Assembly: GCF_006345805.1 (NCBI RefSeq)
Contig: NC_042999.1
Location: forward strand, 49,104,001-49,168,000
Length of the DNA stretch: 64,000 bases
Direction: 5' to 3'
From: Octopus sinensis
Taxonomy: Eukaryota
The notes below the pieces were generated by a model. That model was not told the origin of the DNA and made no database searches. It worked only from the letters and a program-made list of their open reading frames with translations. How positions within the stretch are numbered: position 1 is the first letter of the stretch; each line of letters begins with the position of its first letter. Below, piece by piece: positions 26,297 through 40,694 of this stretch. A program made the translations under genes and the position numbers.

Positions 26297-27076
26297 TATA
26301 TATACGTGATCCTTTTTTTATCCTGCTTACGTCGGAATTCTGTCGTTAACATTTCCCCAACACAAAAGTTAAGAAATTTACCACTGAATGCATACAGATT
26401 TCTATTAGTCCAATTTATAAATAAAATATGACTAAATTTTTTAACAATACACGAATACTTTCAAACTTTTTCAAAGCACTTATAAAGACAATTTTTTCAG
26501 AAATTCCATGAGCTATAGTCTCTGTTCCAGCATTGTAACCTACATCAAATATAAAAAAAAAACTTTATTCATTTTTCTGGTAAAAAGTTACTCATATATG
26601 GTACTTTATAGCATTCGTTGATCGAAAAGAAAATAAAAGATCGAAACGTTACGTGCTTTATTGTGACTTTTAGTGCTGACATTTTTACCGTATTCAAATC
26701 ATATATGATAATATATATCATGATATACAAAGGATATTTTTGTTTGTCTGGCTAAAAATCAATCTAGAGATGCTCTGCGCTCTCTGTCTCCCACTCTCTC
26801 TATCTTTCTCCTCACCCTTCCACCCTTGCTCTCTCTTGGCCTCACCTTTCTCTCTCTTTCTCTCTCTTTCTCTGTCTCTCTCTCTCTCTTTCTCTGTCTG
26901 TCTCTCTCTCTCTCTCTCTCTATATATATTATATATAATATATATATATATATACCTATTTATATATATTCATACATATATGTGTGTATGTATATATATT
27001 ATATATATATATATATCTATATATATATATAATATATACACACACGCATTTATGTATATATATTATATATATATAT

Positions 27077-27109
<33 letters not shown>

Positions 27110-27114
27110 CTATA

Positions 27115-27153
<39 letters not shown>

Positions 27154-27317
27154 CTATATATATATATATGTGTGTGTGTGTATATATATATATATACAGA
27201 AAGAGAGGGAGGGCCAGAGACAGAAATAGGACGGGATACGTACACGTATATGAACGTATGTTTGTATGCTTGTATGTGTATATAGATAGTTAGATACAAT
27301 GATAGATATTCATATAT

Positions 27318-27400
<83 letters not shown>

Positions 27401-27829
27401 AATGTATAGAATGTTATGTAAAATGCGTTAGTAAGTATGGTGTAGATAATACTCATTTTCTACGGTTTGATATTTTTGTCTCTCCTCTTTTCATACACAA
27501 CAATAATATTCACTCAGAAACTAGCTTCTCTCTCGCCCTGGCATAGAAGTTATTATAATGCTACGAAAAACGTTTATATCTCACGATGATAAAAGATGGC
27601 CCCGAAATTCCATTGCGCTTGTCTTGATAACACAATGGGATCTTCGATTTCTACTATTGTCATTGACTTGGTAGGCGGTTTCGTTTTATATCATATTAAC
27701 AAACCATTTACTAAGTTTTGGATTGGATTCTTTACGTACAAAGCTCATTTTATGTTTATTGGACGTCTAGAAAAATTTTGTACATGTATTTGTACGCCTG
27801 TATACATACATTATATATATATATCTTTC

Positions 27830-28208
27830 TGTTAGTTGTTTCGGTAATATGACTGCGATCATGCTGGACAACAGCCTTTAGTCGAGCAAATTTCCGCCGG
27901 GACTTATTCTTTGTAAGCTTAGTACTTATTCTATCGGTCTCTTTGTCCAACCGCTAAGTTACGGAGACGTAAACACACCAACATCTGTTTTTAAGCGATG
28001 GCTGCGGGACAAACATGCACACATACGCACAAATATATGTATGTACGACGGGTTTCTTCTAAATTCCGTGTATTAAATCCATTCACAAGGCTTTGGTCGG
28101 CCCGAAACTATATTAGAAGACACTTGCCCGAGTTACCACGCAATGGGACTGAACGCGGAACTATGTGGTTGAAAAGCAAGCTTCTTGCGACAGAGCCACG
28201 CTTGCGCC
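27830..28208 (-). mobile_element. SINE family A, full length, diverged
   Basis: Colinear with the reverse complement of 42134-42543. Confidence 0.85.
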
Positions 28209-28591
28209 CGCACAATTCAGAAACGTTGCACGTTTCCTCTTATAACACAAGGAAAGTACATAGCGTAGGCGTCAGTATAAATAAAAGGTTTCTTACAAAT
28301 AATGTAACAAATATTTATAAGAAATCCGGGAATGGGACTTGCAGTTCTATCAATCTAGAAGCAAAAGATTTTGTAGGAAAACCCAATAAATATAATAGGG
28401 TGGAATATCTGTGTAGGGTCTCTCACAAATATAAGGATATAGTATAAAGATATAGTGAGAGGTTGGTCTTTTATTTTGAGATTTATGGGTATATATACAT
28501 TACATGCATGCACACGTAGGACATCCATCTATATATACAGACATTTGAACAGGGGGTACATAAATGCAATGATGGGTGTTTATGGATGTTT

Positions 28592-28609
28592 TATCATCAT
28601 CTTCATCAC

Positions 28610-28655
<46 letters not shown>

Positions 28656-28830
28656 TTCACCATCATCGTCATCACCATCATCATCATTGTCATCATCATC
28701 GTCATCAACATCATCATCAACATCATCATAATCGTGGTCATCGTGATCATTGTGGTCATCATCATTATCGTCGTCGTTGTCGCCGTCATCATCATCATCA
28801 TCATCATCGTCGTCCTCTTCATCAATATCA
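28592..28830. repeat. Imperfect (CAT)n trinucleotide repeat
   Basis: Direct reading; source of the poly-H/D/I/M ORFs. Confidence 0.95.
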
Positions 28831-28984
28831 TATAACATTTTCTCATGCTGGTATGCAGAGGAAGAGTCCCCTCACTCCCTACAATTTTATCTTTGAAAGT
28901 ATTTCTCTCACAGACTGGTTGGAGTGACCCACTCCGCTGCTCAAATAACATCCTGTAATCTCATTCCTTATTTTATCGTGTTTT

Positions 28985-29022
<38 letters not shown>

Positions 29023-29050
29023 CCTATCTCTCTGTCTCCCCTATCTCTCT

Positions 29051-29106
<56 letters not shown>

Positions 29107-29387
29107 GCTTGTCTCTTTATATCTTTGTTCACAGACAGACAAAGGCCCTACAAAGGCCGACAAACGGTAATTGATGTTTAGTGTTTGTTATATACATCCT
29201 GAATTTATTATTTTTGCAAAATGTACGATACTCTTCAACATAAAAGTAGTAATTATCTCTTTAATTTTCACTGTTTGATTTGCCTAATAGTGGTTTTATC
29301 TCTAATTTAATTTATATTTATACTGTGAAATTAGATTTAATCTTAAATCTAATTTTTCCCTGTAAGTTTGGATTTACTCCCTAATAT

Positions 29388-29483
<96 letters not shown>

Positions 29484-30372
29484 CGGAGGAGAGAGAGAGA
29501 AATGTCTAAAAGGGCCGTAGCCTGAGCCACCTCTCGTGCCTTCACGGTGCAATCTCGTCCAATAGATGCATGTTTGCGTTATCCATTTCTTCATATCATC
29601 ACACCGTCTTCGTCGGATTTAGCCTCAAGTTCATCATTCATCCACTCGGCACACAGCAAAAAATGCCTACAAACTTGAGGGAGTTGATAGCTCATGGCTA
29701 GGTATGGTCATAAACATTATGATATGTATCCATTTTATCCAAGGAGGAAATAAGACCTTAGGAGTAGTCAGTTGGATATGAGTAACTATTTATAAAAAAC
29801 GGTATGGTAGGGGTAGACTTTAAATCATGATATTAATTACCAGTTAAAGGGGCAAGATGCTAAGAAACCTAAGATGTTAATACAGAGGAAATTATATCTA
29901 AGGGCACAATGGATATTTGTTTATAAACTATATCGTTATGCTGTATAAAAATAAAATTTCAGAATTTCAGAAATGATATAATCAAAATAGGTAAAAGGTG
30001 AGTATATATGTATTATAAACATTAAAAAGGAGAATTACATAGAATCATTTTCATATTCATTTATGTACTTAATTACTTATTAGGTGGGTTGTATAAATAC
30101 TAATCAGGGCATTTACTTATGGAATAACTGGGAAGATATACATGCTATCTATTAATTATAAGCCATGAATGAGTAAAATGTAAAGCTGCATACAGATCCC
30201 CACGCATTTATATATTTGTGCATATATGCATATATACATATACACAAATATTTATACGTTTATATGAATATAGTATAACTATTTCGCATAGATTTAAGTG
30301 AAAAATATCTATTTAAGAACAAGAGAAATTATATTAATATGTCCTACTTTTTAAAATTCCATATATTTATTT

Positions 30373-30460
30373 GTGCAGCTGAAGATGGCATTATATTTAA
30401 ATTGATGTAATTATTGCATTGTTCAATTAAATGGAGCCTCTTGAAACGATCATACTGCAT
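30373..30460 (+). ncRNA. Type I hammerhead-like motif with long stem II, slightly decayed
   Basis: GUGCAG / CUGAAGA / uggc...gccucuu / GAAA-CGAUCA-UA / CUGCAU, with a 6-bp stem I. Stem III is one change from palindromic ACGAUCGU. Confidence 0.6.
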
Positions 30461-30527
30461 CACTACTTGCTGTCCTTTAGTTTAATTTGATATGTGTATA
30501 TGTGTGTGTATGTACATACATATACGT

Positions 30528-30993
<466 letters not shown>

Positions 30994-32290
30994 GTCTCTC
31001 ATCTGTTTATTTAAGAGGTGCGAGTATAATTAGGTTGACAGAAACTGCGTAGAATCCTATGCGACAGATCGTTTCTGTAAATAATTGTCCCGTTTTGTGA
31101 TAGATTACGTAAGGCTAGTTCTACACGAGCATACTTTATATTGTCAGGTCAAATCCTGCTGTGCTTAGTTTTTACTTTTCTCCGATTCATGCCAGTTAAG
31201 CTAAAGTACCAGTTATGTACTGTGTATAAGGATATCCTCTAAGACCCTCATCTAAAAATTACTAGCCTTGCACCTATATAAAAATCCATTACTTCGTAAG
31301 TAACTCTATTGATGCCGGCGCGATATACATTGAATTTCTTTGTAAAAGTACGGACTAAGACGGAGTACTTTATGGGTGATGTAGAACAACATATGATCTG
31401 GCAAAATGATTCAACGAGATTCTTTCGATTTTTTTTTTATTGAATGAATTCACGTAATTTACGATGCTTTAGTCCTTCAGAACATTTTACGATCCAATAG
31501 CCCGTCACTAATAAACCGTTATCAAACTGAAGCTACAGCATTTATTACTTTTTTCTATATTTCTGTATACACACGGCCGTCCAATATTTTCGCCATTTCT
31601 TTTATATATTTTTCTTCGATTAATTTCTTGAATTATCAGAGAGCTTGATTTGTTTTCGTCACATCATTCACATAACACTGAACATGTCATTTTGCTGTTA
31701 CTCCGCTTAATACTATCAGTGATATTTTTTTTTGTTTCTTTTACTTCAAATTTCAATCTTATTTGGTTTGTTTTCATCTTTTGTTTTATTGTTATTTTAT
31801 GTGTATACAAATTTGTTTCTGACAAATCTGCCATTTATCGTTGTTCACAGCAGAGTTACTTTTATCTTTGTGTTATAAAGATCTAAAAGTTTAGATCTTA
31901 CACATTCATAGTTCCCCAATTGTAGGATTACTATTATCTTTGTGCTATAAAGATCAAGAACTTTAGAAGTTATTCACTCATAGTGTTCTGCTTACTGGAT
32001 TACGGCCAAACGTTACTGATTTGCTGGATTCAATGACCTCGTTTCTTTCGTATTCACTCTTTGTGCCATTAAAAATACGCCTTGACGCAGTATTTTCTGT
32101 ACCTCTTAATTAAACATTATTATGATGTGTGTAGGTCTTTTTTGTTACTGCAGAGTCAATAAACAACAACAGATTAGAAACAATATTAGAGCGCGATAGT
32201 ATTATTTGAGGAGATACAGTTTTAGCTTAACAAGAAGTAATTTTACTTTATATTTATCTGTAGAACTCTAGAAGTACGTTGATTGTAGTC

Positions 32291-32695
32291 TTTTACTCTT
32301 TTACTTGTTTCAGTAATTTGACTGCGGCCTTGCTGGAGCACAGCCTTTAGTCTAGCAAATCGACACCAGGACCAATTCTTTGTAAGCGTGGTACTTATTC
32401 TATTGGTCACTTTTGCCGAACCGCTAATGTTACGGGGACGTAAACACACGAGCATCGGTTGTCAAGCGATATTGGGCGGGAAACAAACACAGATACACAA
32501 AACGTATACACACATATACATATACATATATATACGACGGGCTTCTTTCAGTTTCCGTCTACGAAATCCACTCACAAGGCTTTGGTCGACCCGAGGCTAT
32601 AGTAGAAGACATTTGCCCAGGGTGCCGCGCAGTGGGTCTGAACCCGGAACCATGTGGTAGGTGAGCAAGGTACTTAGCACACAGCCACTCCTGCA
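32291..32695 (-). mobile_element. SINE family A, full length
   Basis: Colinear with 42134-42543; the minus-strand head begins ggtgcaggagtggctgtgtg. Confidence 0.9.
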
Positions 32696-32706
32696 CCAAA
32701 AATAAA

Positions 32707-32789
32707 TAGCACGAGTGGAGTTCGAACCCACGCGGACACTTGTCCATTGGAACTTAAGTCCAACGCCTTAACCACTCGACCGTCGTGTT
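32707..32789 (-). tRNA. tRNA-Leu(TAA), probably a slightly decayed copy or pseudogene
   Basis: Minus strand AACACGACGGTCGAGTGGTTAAGGCGTTGGACTTAAGTTCCAATGGACAAGTGTCCGCGTGGGTTCGAACTCCACTCGTGCTA forms a cloverleaf with anticodon TAA, a long variable arm, a B box and a downstream TTTATTTTT. It has an A2:C71 mismatch and U8C. Confidence 0.9.
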
Positions 32790-33239
32790 GCTTGTGATAC
32801 ACTTTCAAAATGTTGTCTGCTTTGCAATATCAATTCTGAGCGGAGCAGGCAGTTTCTACTATTTAACATTTGTAACTACCTCTAACAGAGAAACGTGATA
32901 GAATATCGAAGATAGTGATTCTATTTAAATACAACCTTATATGTTAAAGATATCAATATAATTCTAGTTATTCAGCCATTCGTTTCACCTGTGAATATAA
33001 TATATTGTTTTGTTTTCTAGAATGTTACACAAACGACTATGATTCAATTTGTCGATTAGATTTCTAAGATAGTAGGACAGAATATTTGGTTCTTGTACAT
33101 AGTTTACCGAATAAGTGCATATAGGAAAACTTCGTTGGCTTCTGCGTGTATCATAATATACGATACTCATTGTAGTTCCAAGAGCATAGGTAAAAATATA
33201 GACCTTGAGCATATATTGTTAATCTTTCATACATGCATA

Positions 33240-34444
33240 CAAAAAGTCAACTTTACTTATCGATTTGCAAGAATTTGGGCTGGATTGTCATGAAAATTTT
33301 GATTATGTTGAATCTGAGTTTTGATTTAAAACCCTTCTTCTTCATTTCAGGTGTGAAATGAACCACTGTGATTTAGTTATGGATATAAGATCAGAAGGAA
33401 GGACGTGCTGTAATGATCCGAATATTTTCTGTTACGTCTATGGAAACTTCATTCCACAGGCTCAACGGTGAAACAATAATTTTGTCAAGAAGGCGTATCT
33501 TGCTTGCTTTAAATTAAAACTTGGAGACCAGGACAAAACCTAGGCTCCCACAACGTTTGCAAAACTTCTGTAGAAATTTGATGTGAAGAAACAATTCATC
33601 AAAGCTTTATATGAGAATGGAGACTGCTTCAGCTATATATGTACAACCTTTTTAAGTCTCAGTAACTAGAAGAGGAAGGTAAGAATATTTGATGGATCTC
33701 TTATAAGAACACTTCTCAGGGATCCACATTTTGTTAGAATAATATGTGCGGCGGAGTCTAGAGCTTAGAATAAATTCTCTGGCGTGTTGCGGAATTTCCC
33801 TTGGAACAGGAGAGCTGACAACTATTAAGAGATTGTGGCGGAGCTGCTCCTGAGTTTGCAAGCACTTGTATGTAGAATGGTATTAAATTGCACTACTTAC
33901 ACGGTCATTTGGGAGAGTTTCCAGATGTTAGCGAAAAATAATATGGACACTTTCATCAAGATGTAAAAGTAATGGAAAAAAGCTAATAAGACCGATGGAA
34001 CTTTAACAGGATTGAAGATTACAGCTGGAGCTTGGTGAGAGATATTCCAGAAACTGCGTACAAGAGATCGTCAAAAACGAGAGGGAGTTCTTGCAGTAAT
34101 AAATGATCAGTGTGAATGACCACAACGAATAGAGGTTTTGAATTCATATTTTGTTATAACCAGTCTCAGTTCTTACATGCTAATGTGCAATTACTCCCAA
34201 AATTTTGTGTTTTGATCTATTAGATAGAAAAATATGACATATTGTCTACTAAACATTGTATCTACGTATGCGTAATTCTTCCTTCATGGGCATTAAATAG
34301 TTGTTTCTAACAAAACTAAAAGATTTCATATTTCAAAAATATGATGAGATTGTGAAAATCTGATGCCAGATTTGAATTCAGCACCCCAAAGTTAGCTAAA
34401 AACCATTAATAAAATTTGTGCCTAAAAATATATGTTAACTAGTG
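33240..34444 (+). mobile_element. Chapaev3-like (CMC) DNA transposon remnant; transposase pseudogene ~33379-34100
   Basis: CCNDPNIFCYVYG...FVKKAYLACFKLKLGDQDKT*APHNVCK and KLHYLHGHLGEFP..HFHQDVKVMEK..RW....DYSWSLVRD. The 3' terminus is ...tgttaactagtg; the 5' boundary is uncertain. Confidence 0.8.
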
Positions 34445-35554
34445 TTATATATTTGAAAAACATTAATAAAAATCGGTTTTCAATTAATTGCACCACTTTA
34501 ATAATTAGATGTCTCTAAGTTTATAAAGACTGGGGAAATTATCAGAAAAACTATTTCTATACATGTTTTCAGATAGATAGATAGAAACATACATACATAT
34601 AGATATTCAATGAATATTTCATCTGTCTCGTTCGGTATATGTGTGTATAGGAGTGTACACATGTATGCATACCTTAACACTTTCGATAAAACAACAAATG
34701 TTTGTCAGACTGCTATATAGTTTAATTAGAAAATATTTTATAGTTTTTCAGCCAATAACTCGTAAAAATTATGAAATATCATCCTGGCACACGTCTTCAC
34801 GATGTGTAAATTTGATTTTTGAGTAATAAAACTAAATATTTTTCATGAAGTCACCAGGTATTTATCGTATCCTCTGGGGAAAATCAGTGGAAATGTGTGA
34901 GAAAGTATGCAGGTTGTTTTCTATTTCACAAATTTTTCCAAAATATTTTTTGTAATAAAGGCACTACTTAATCTCTCTATCGATCTATCTATCTATCTAT
35001 TTCTCTCGCTTTCCCTTTCTCCCTCTCTCCTTTCCTCTACGTCTCTCTCTTTCACTCTCTATGTCTTTCATTTTATTGCTCGCTATATATATTTTATTTC
35101 GTCTTGCATTCTGGGCCAACATATATTTGTTTCTTTATTTAATAGTTATGCACTTGAGTGCACTGACTGTGTCTATGAGAATAACATTTATACCAGAAAA
35201 AAATATTATATAATTATTGTAAACAACAAAAATATATTCAGTGTGTAGGTAACAAGCATCCCTAAGATTAGAATACTTCAACGTTCCTTAATGCTTACAA
35301 AAGATCGTAAAATGTCTGGTTTTATAATAAAACTTCTTTTATTTTCAACATTTGTTTCTGAAAACTTCTGTGATGATCATATTTTAGTATTTCTCTTACA
35401 TCACTTTTCAATTTTGTATTTCTATATTTTATTCACATCATGCAAGTATATTAATATTTTCGTATTATTATTTCGTAAATTATTCTCGACTGTTTTTTTT
35501 TTTTTTTTGAAATATATAAATATGACTATATTCGTATGAATGTTTGTGTCTAGG

Positions 35555-35590
<36 letters not shown>

Positions 35591-35671
35591 ATATAATTTT
35601 ATGTACAATATGTGTTCGTATTTCTATTTGTATCTTTGCCATTCATACATATATGTATGTACGTGCATGTA

Positions 35672-35954
<283 letters not shown>

Positions 35955-36727
35955 CTGTTTTTATACATTAAAGTTTTCCTAGTTCATAGTTTTACATTTT
36001 ATCGCAAAATTTTACTGTTATTAACATTGTTAAATATTACTCTCTCACATCACCGTCAACCATCTTTTCCCCTCCTTCTCATACATTTATATCACTACAT
36101 CTCCTTTCACCTTATTTCGACGTACTTTATTTTTATCGTGACGCCTTGCTTCATTTCTTTTCCACAGAATTCGCATTTTTGTTTGTTACTTCATCATAAA
36201 ATGTATCCGGATATATAAAATCGCATCAGCTACTTAACGACACATGATGCAGGAATATTAATAGACAGTTGTTTTCATACAACTGTCTTACTCCGCGAAA
36301 GGTTTTCTGACATTAATATTTCATTAAACTGTATAGACATTACCTAAACATTACATTTTATTACTGCATTCGGGAGAATTAACAGCACATCGATTGGTTA
36401 ATTTGAACGGCTGAGTTTTCTGCCTCTTAATAAGTTAGCTTTTGGTACGTAATAAATATCTAGAGAACCAATATAGAGAGATTTCGTCTGGAATTAATCC
36501 TTTCATGTTCTATATACAAGAAGAATTTACTATATTGGTAAAGGTGAAGGACATAAACCTTAGAACATGACTTGAATCATGTTGAAAGCAAAATATTAGA
36601 TTTCAAAATTACGTGTGAATGCGATCCAATTTAGTTTGAAAATTTTAAATGTAAAAGAAAGTCGATGCAATTTCTTTATTGATTCAGGCTTTATATAGAC
36701 ACAGGCACACACAGGCACACACACACT

Positions 36728-36778
<51 letters not shown>

Positions 36779-37350
36779 ACACACACTCACTCATATATCT
36801 GTGTGTGAATGAATATTTATGTATCTACTATATATACATGTAAAATAAATAACATACATTTTATATACTTATACGCACACCAACACATATATGCATGAAT
36901 GTATGTATGTATGTATGTATGTAGGCTTGTAATGCATATTTAATTATAAATCAAATACAAACACTACTACTTATACTTAGTGTTCACTCATGCTTAAGAG
37001 AATTTCAGATCAAAACTTTATTTTCTGCTAAATCTCTACCCTGTCTAAATATCTCCCTCTGGACGATTTACTTGTCCGACCTCTTTTATTTTATCTATCA
37101 TTATTGCGAATCAGTTGCCACATAACGTAATCTAAAAGTCATTCACAGGAACTGAAAAAGTTAATGAAGGCATATGTCACATCTTATTGATCCTGTGCAG
37201 TTTAGTTAACGATAAGAACTTATTATATCCACGATGATGCATTATTTTAATTCATTCGTTTGTATGCTTCTGTACGATAGAAGTATATTATTAGTTCCAA
37301 AGTTATGTATTAGTAAAACTGATTCCTACACTTTTACAGAAATATTAAAT

Positions 37351-37832
37351 GCGGTGAGCTGTCAGAATCATCAGCATGCCGGGCGAAATGATTAGCGGTA
37401 TTTCGTCTGCCGCTATGTTCTGAGTTCAAATTCCACCGAGGTCGACTTTGCCTTTCATCCTTTCGGGGTCGATTAAATAAGTACCAGTTACGCACTGGGG
37501 TCGATATAATCGACTTAATCCGTTTGTCTGTACTTGTTTGTCCCTTCTGTGTTTAGCCCCTTGTGGGTAGTAAAGAAATAGGTATTTCGTCAGCCGCTAC
37601 GTTCTGAGTTCAAATTCCGCCGGGGCCGACTTTGCCTTTCATTCTTTGGGGGGTCGATTAAATAAGTACCAGTTACGCACTGGGTTCGATATAATCGACT
37701 TAATCCGTTTGTCAGACCTTGTTTGTCCTCTCTGTGTTTAGCCCCTTGTGGGTAGTAAAGAAATAGGTATTTCGTCTGCCGTTACGTTCTGAGTTCAAAT
37801 TCCGCCGAGGTCGACTTTACTTTTCACCCTTT
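37351..37832 (+). mobile_element. SINE family B, head-to-tail array (~2.5 units, ~185-bp period)
   Basis: ggtatttcgtc recurs at ~37397, 37581 and 37766. B box gagttcaaattcc; core gcctttcatcctttcggggtcgat..aagtacca. Confidence 0.9.
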
Positions 37833-38551
37833 GTAAAGTAAATAACTGGAAATTCCATGTAAAAGATATGCTAGTTGGGAAGTTTCGAAAGTTTATACAG
37901 GATTTAAGTTCTTAATATTAATTATCTTATTTCATATCGTTATATTTCAGGGTAGATATTTTTTTTTCTATTTGCCAAATAAACATACGCACAATACATA
38001 CTTTCTTTACTCGTTTAAGAACAGTAATAAGCAAGTGAGGAACGAATATATTGTGCGTGTGTTTTTTCGGCAAAAAAAAAAAATGACCGTCTCGAAATAT
38101 AACAATATCAGCATACGGTGTCACATCAGGAATCCTGCAAAACAAATTCCTAAACGTACCTTATTTCAATAAAATGAAAATGGATGTTTACATATCAAAA
38201 CAGAGTTAAAGAAAAATACGGACAGAACTAGTATTAAACCACAGGAAGTACTCACCATTACTAACCAAGCATTCGTTATGAGAACTTGATTCTTTTCATC
38301 CTGAAATAATAAAGAATAAGAAATAATGAAATTTAAATTGAAATAAATTTTAAAAGAAAATATAGATAAACAGAGATTGCGTCAGAAAAATAGACCACAA
38401 GACAGACAGATCAACAGACAAGAAGACAGGCATATAGGTAGACAAATAAATTGAGAGAGAAAAAGAGAGAGGTATGCATCAAAACAACCATACATGCAAA
38501 TAACCAAACATATGCATGTACATGTCTTATATTAGGGTGGACGTACATATA

Positions 38552-39213
38552 TCTGTATATATAAAAGGCAGGATGTATGTGTGTGTGTGTGTGTGTGTGC
38601 GTGAATGTAGTTTATGCACATCCACAAATTAGCACGCATGTCACTCAAATTTTAGGACATTCGTCACGACCGTAGCTGTATTTTCGTCAAATTATTTTCG
38701 CCCCGAGGCACCAGCGAATAGCGGTAAAAAATAATTTTGAACCATTACTCCTTACAATTTTCAAGTCGGAGAAATACAACATCATTTGCGACGGTGTAAA
38801 GAGAGGGAGAAAGAAAGAAAACAGATTTTTAACATTTCGTCTTTTTAGTGAGTGATTGACAGGCGAAAACAGACAGACAGGCGTTGTTATGTATGCATGT
38901 ATGTATGTGTGAATGGTTTCAGTCTCACACACACACACACACACACGAACATGTATGCGTACAAAACACATGTATGCAATATGTGTTTGTGTGTGTGTGT
39001 ATGTATCTATCTATATATATATATATATATATAGATTGGTAGATAGATATATGGGCAACACATACACACACACACACACAGACACACACAAACACATATT
39101 GCATACATGTGTTTTGTACGCATACATGTTCGTGTGTGTGTGTGTGAGACTGAAACCATTCACACATACATACATGCATACATAACAACGCCTGTCTGTC
39201 TGTTTTCGCCTGT

Positions 39214-39311
<98 letters not shown>

Positions 39312-39711
39312 TTTCCATTTAAATAGGATTTAAAAAATCGACAAAACCGATTCCATATAGGAACTCGGACCGAAAGTGGCTACACCCCATTTTCAACCAT
39401 AACTTTTGCCAATTTTGACATATTTTGTTCAAGCTTCATGCCAACAATACTTAGGACTCATGGGATCTGTGAATGCTTTAAATTCTCCAAAAACGATAAT
39501 AAAAAACAATCGACGAGTGGAAAAAATCGATAAACCGATTCCTCATAGGATTTCCCAATTAAATTGTCTGCAACTCATATTCAGGAAAAAGTTTACCAAT
39601 TTCAACGGATTTCGCTTAAATTTGACGGCAATGTTAATTAGTTTGGTTTGAGAGCTTGATTAGCTTAATAATCTTAACTTAATCCCGAGCAACGCCGGGC
39701 TATACTGCTAA
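38552..39711 (+). mobile_element. Non-autonomous Helitron-like element
   Basis: A|TCtgtatatataaaaggc start followed by (GT)n; 3' hairpin cccg-agcaacgc-cggg then ctgCTAA|T (degenerate CTRR end). Continuity of the two ends is inferred. Confidence 0.6.
38856..39216. repeat. Near-perfect ~140-bp inverted duplication around an (AT)n centre
   Basis: ttgacaggcgaaaacagacagacaggcg... mirrored by ...cgcctgtctgtctgttttcgcctgtcaa. Confidence 0.9.
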
Positions 39712-40694
39712 TATTATATATAGATAACTTGAAAGACACCTAGCTACAATTATACATACATGCATACATGCAGATACAAGAACGTATTATATGTACAGCG
39801 TGCGTACATAAAGTCTTATATACATCTCACTTCTTTCGCAAGAGACTCGTTTGTCAAAATCCTGTACGTGATTTGCATTAAGATTCCAAATAATAAAAAT
39901 GACATATACATATATACAAATGCAAATACCAATGTTCTTAGACCCACTGGGAATAAAGGTAGGCTTCTAAATTAATACTAAATTTCCTAAATATACACAA
40001 ATTCCTGTTTTGATATACATGGAGATTTTATCGGGGAAAATATGCCAGATATTGAATTTCCCCGCACGGAAGAAGAGGTACATTTGAATTGGAAATCTGT
40101 CGATAAATATATTATTACTATGTAAGTACAAGCAAAAGGTAAATCGCATTCGGATTCAAATGAACAGGTAAAGGGACATGCTCGCGGAAATACACAGATA
40201 TACCAACACAACAAATACACATTCACACACATACTCATACAAACACACAAACGCTCAAAAACATACACACACACACACAAACACAGACGCATACTCGGAA
40301 ATACACACACAAACACACAGAGATACACACACTCACAAACACACAGAAACACACATACACGCACACACTCACAGACGCATTCTCACGCACACTCATAAAC
40401 ACACACACACACAAACACACATACACACAATCACAAAGCACAAACACACATGCATACACACATACTCGCAGACAAACACACACACACATATTCAGACCCA
40501 AACTTAAACATACACAAAGATATTTAGATACATTAATATCTTATATATGAAATATACATGAAAACCTGAAGACATGTGATTTGTATATGACTTATTTATT
40601 CTGTTTTAACATTTGAATACAGCAGTGCGTGTTTGTGTGTATTTTTTAAGTGTGTTTATACGCACGTTCTCCCTTATACAGGCATATATATGCT

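Noticed and set aside
28455-28951. Poly-His/Asp ORFs on both strands
   Set aside because: These come from the (CAT)n repeat only.
31850-32005. Two ~75-bp diverged direct repeats with an atcttt/aaagat hairpin
   Set aside because: A local tandem duplication; there are no spacers or further units, so it is not CRISPR-like.
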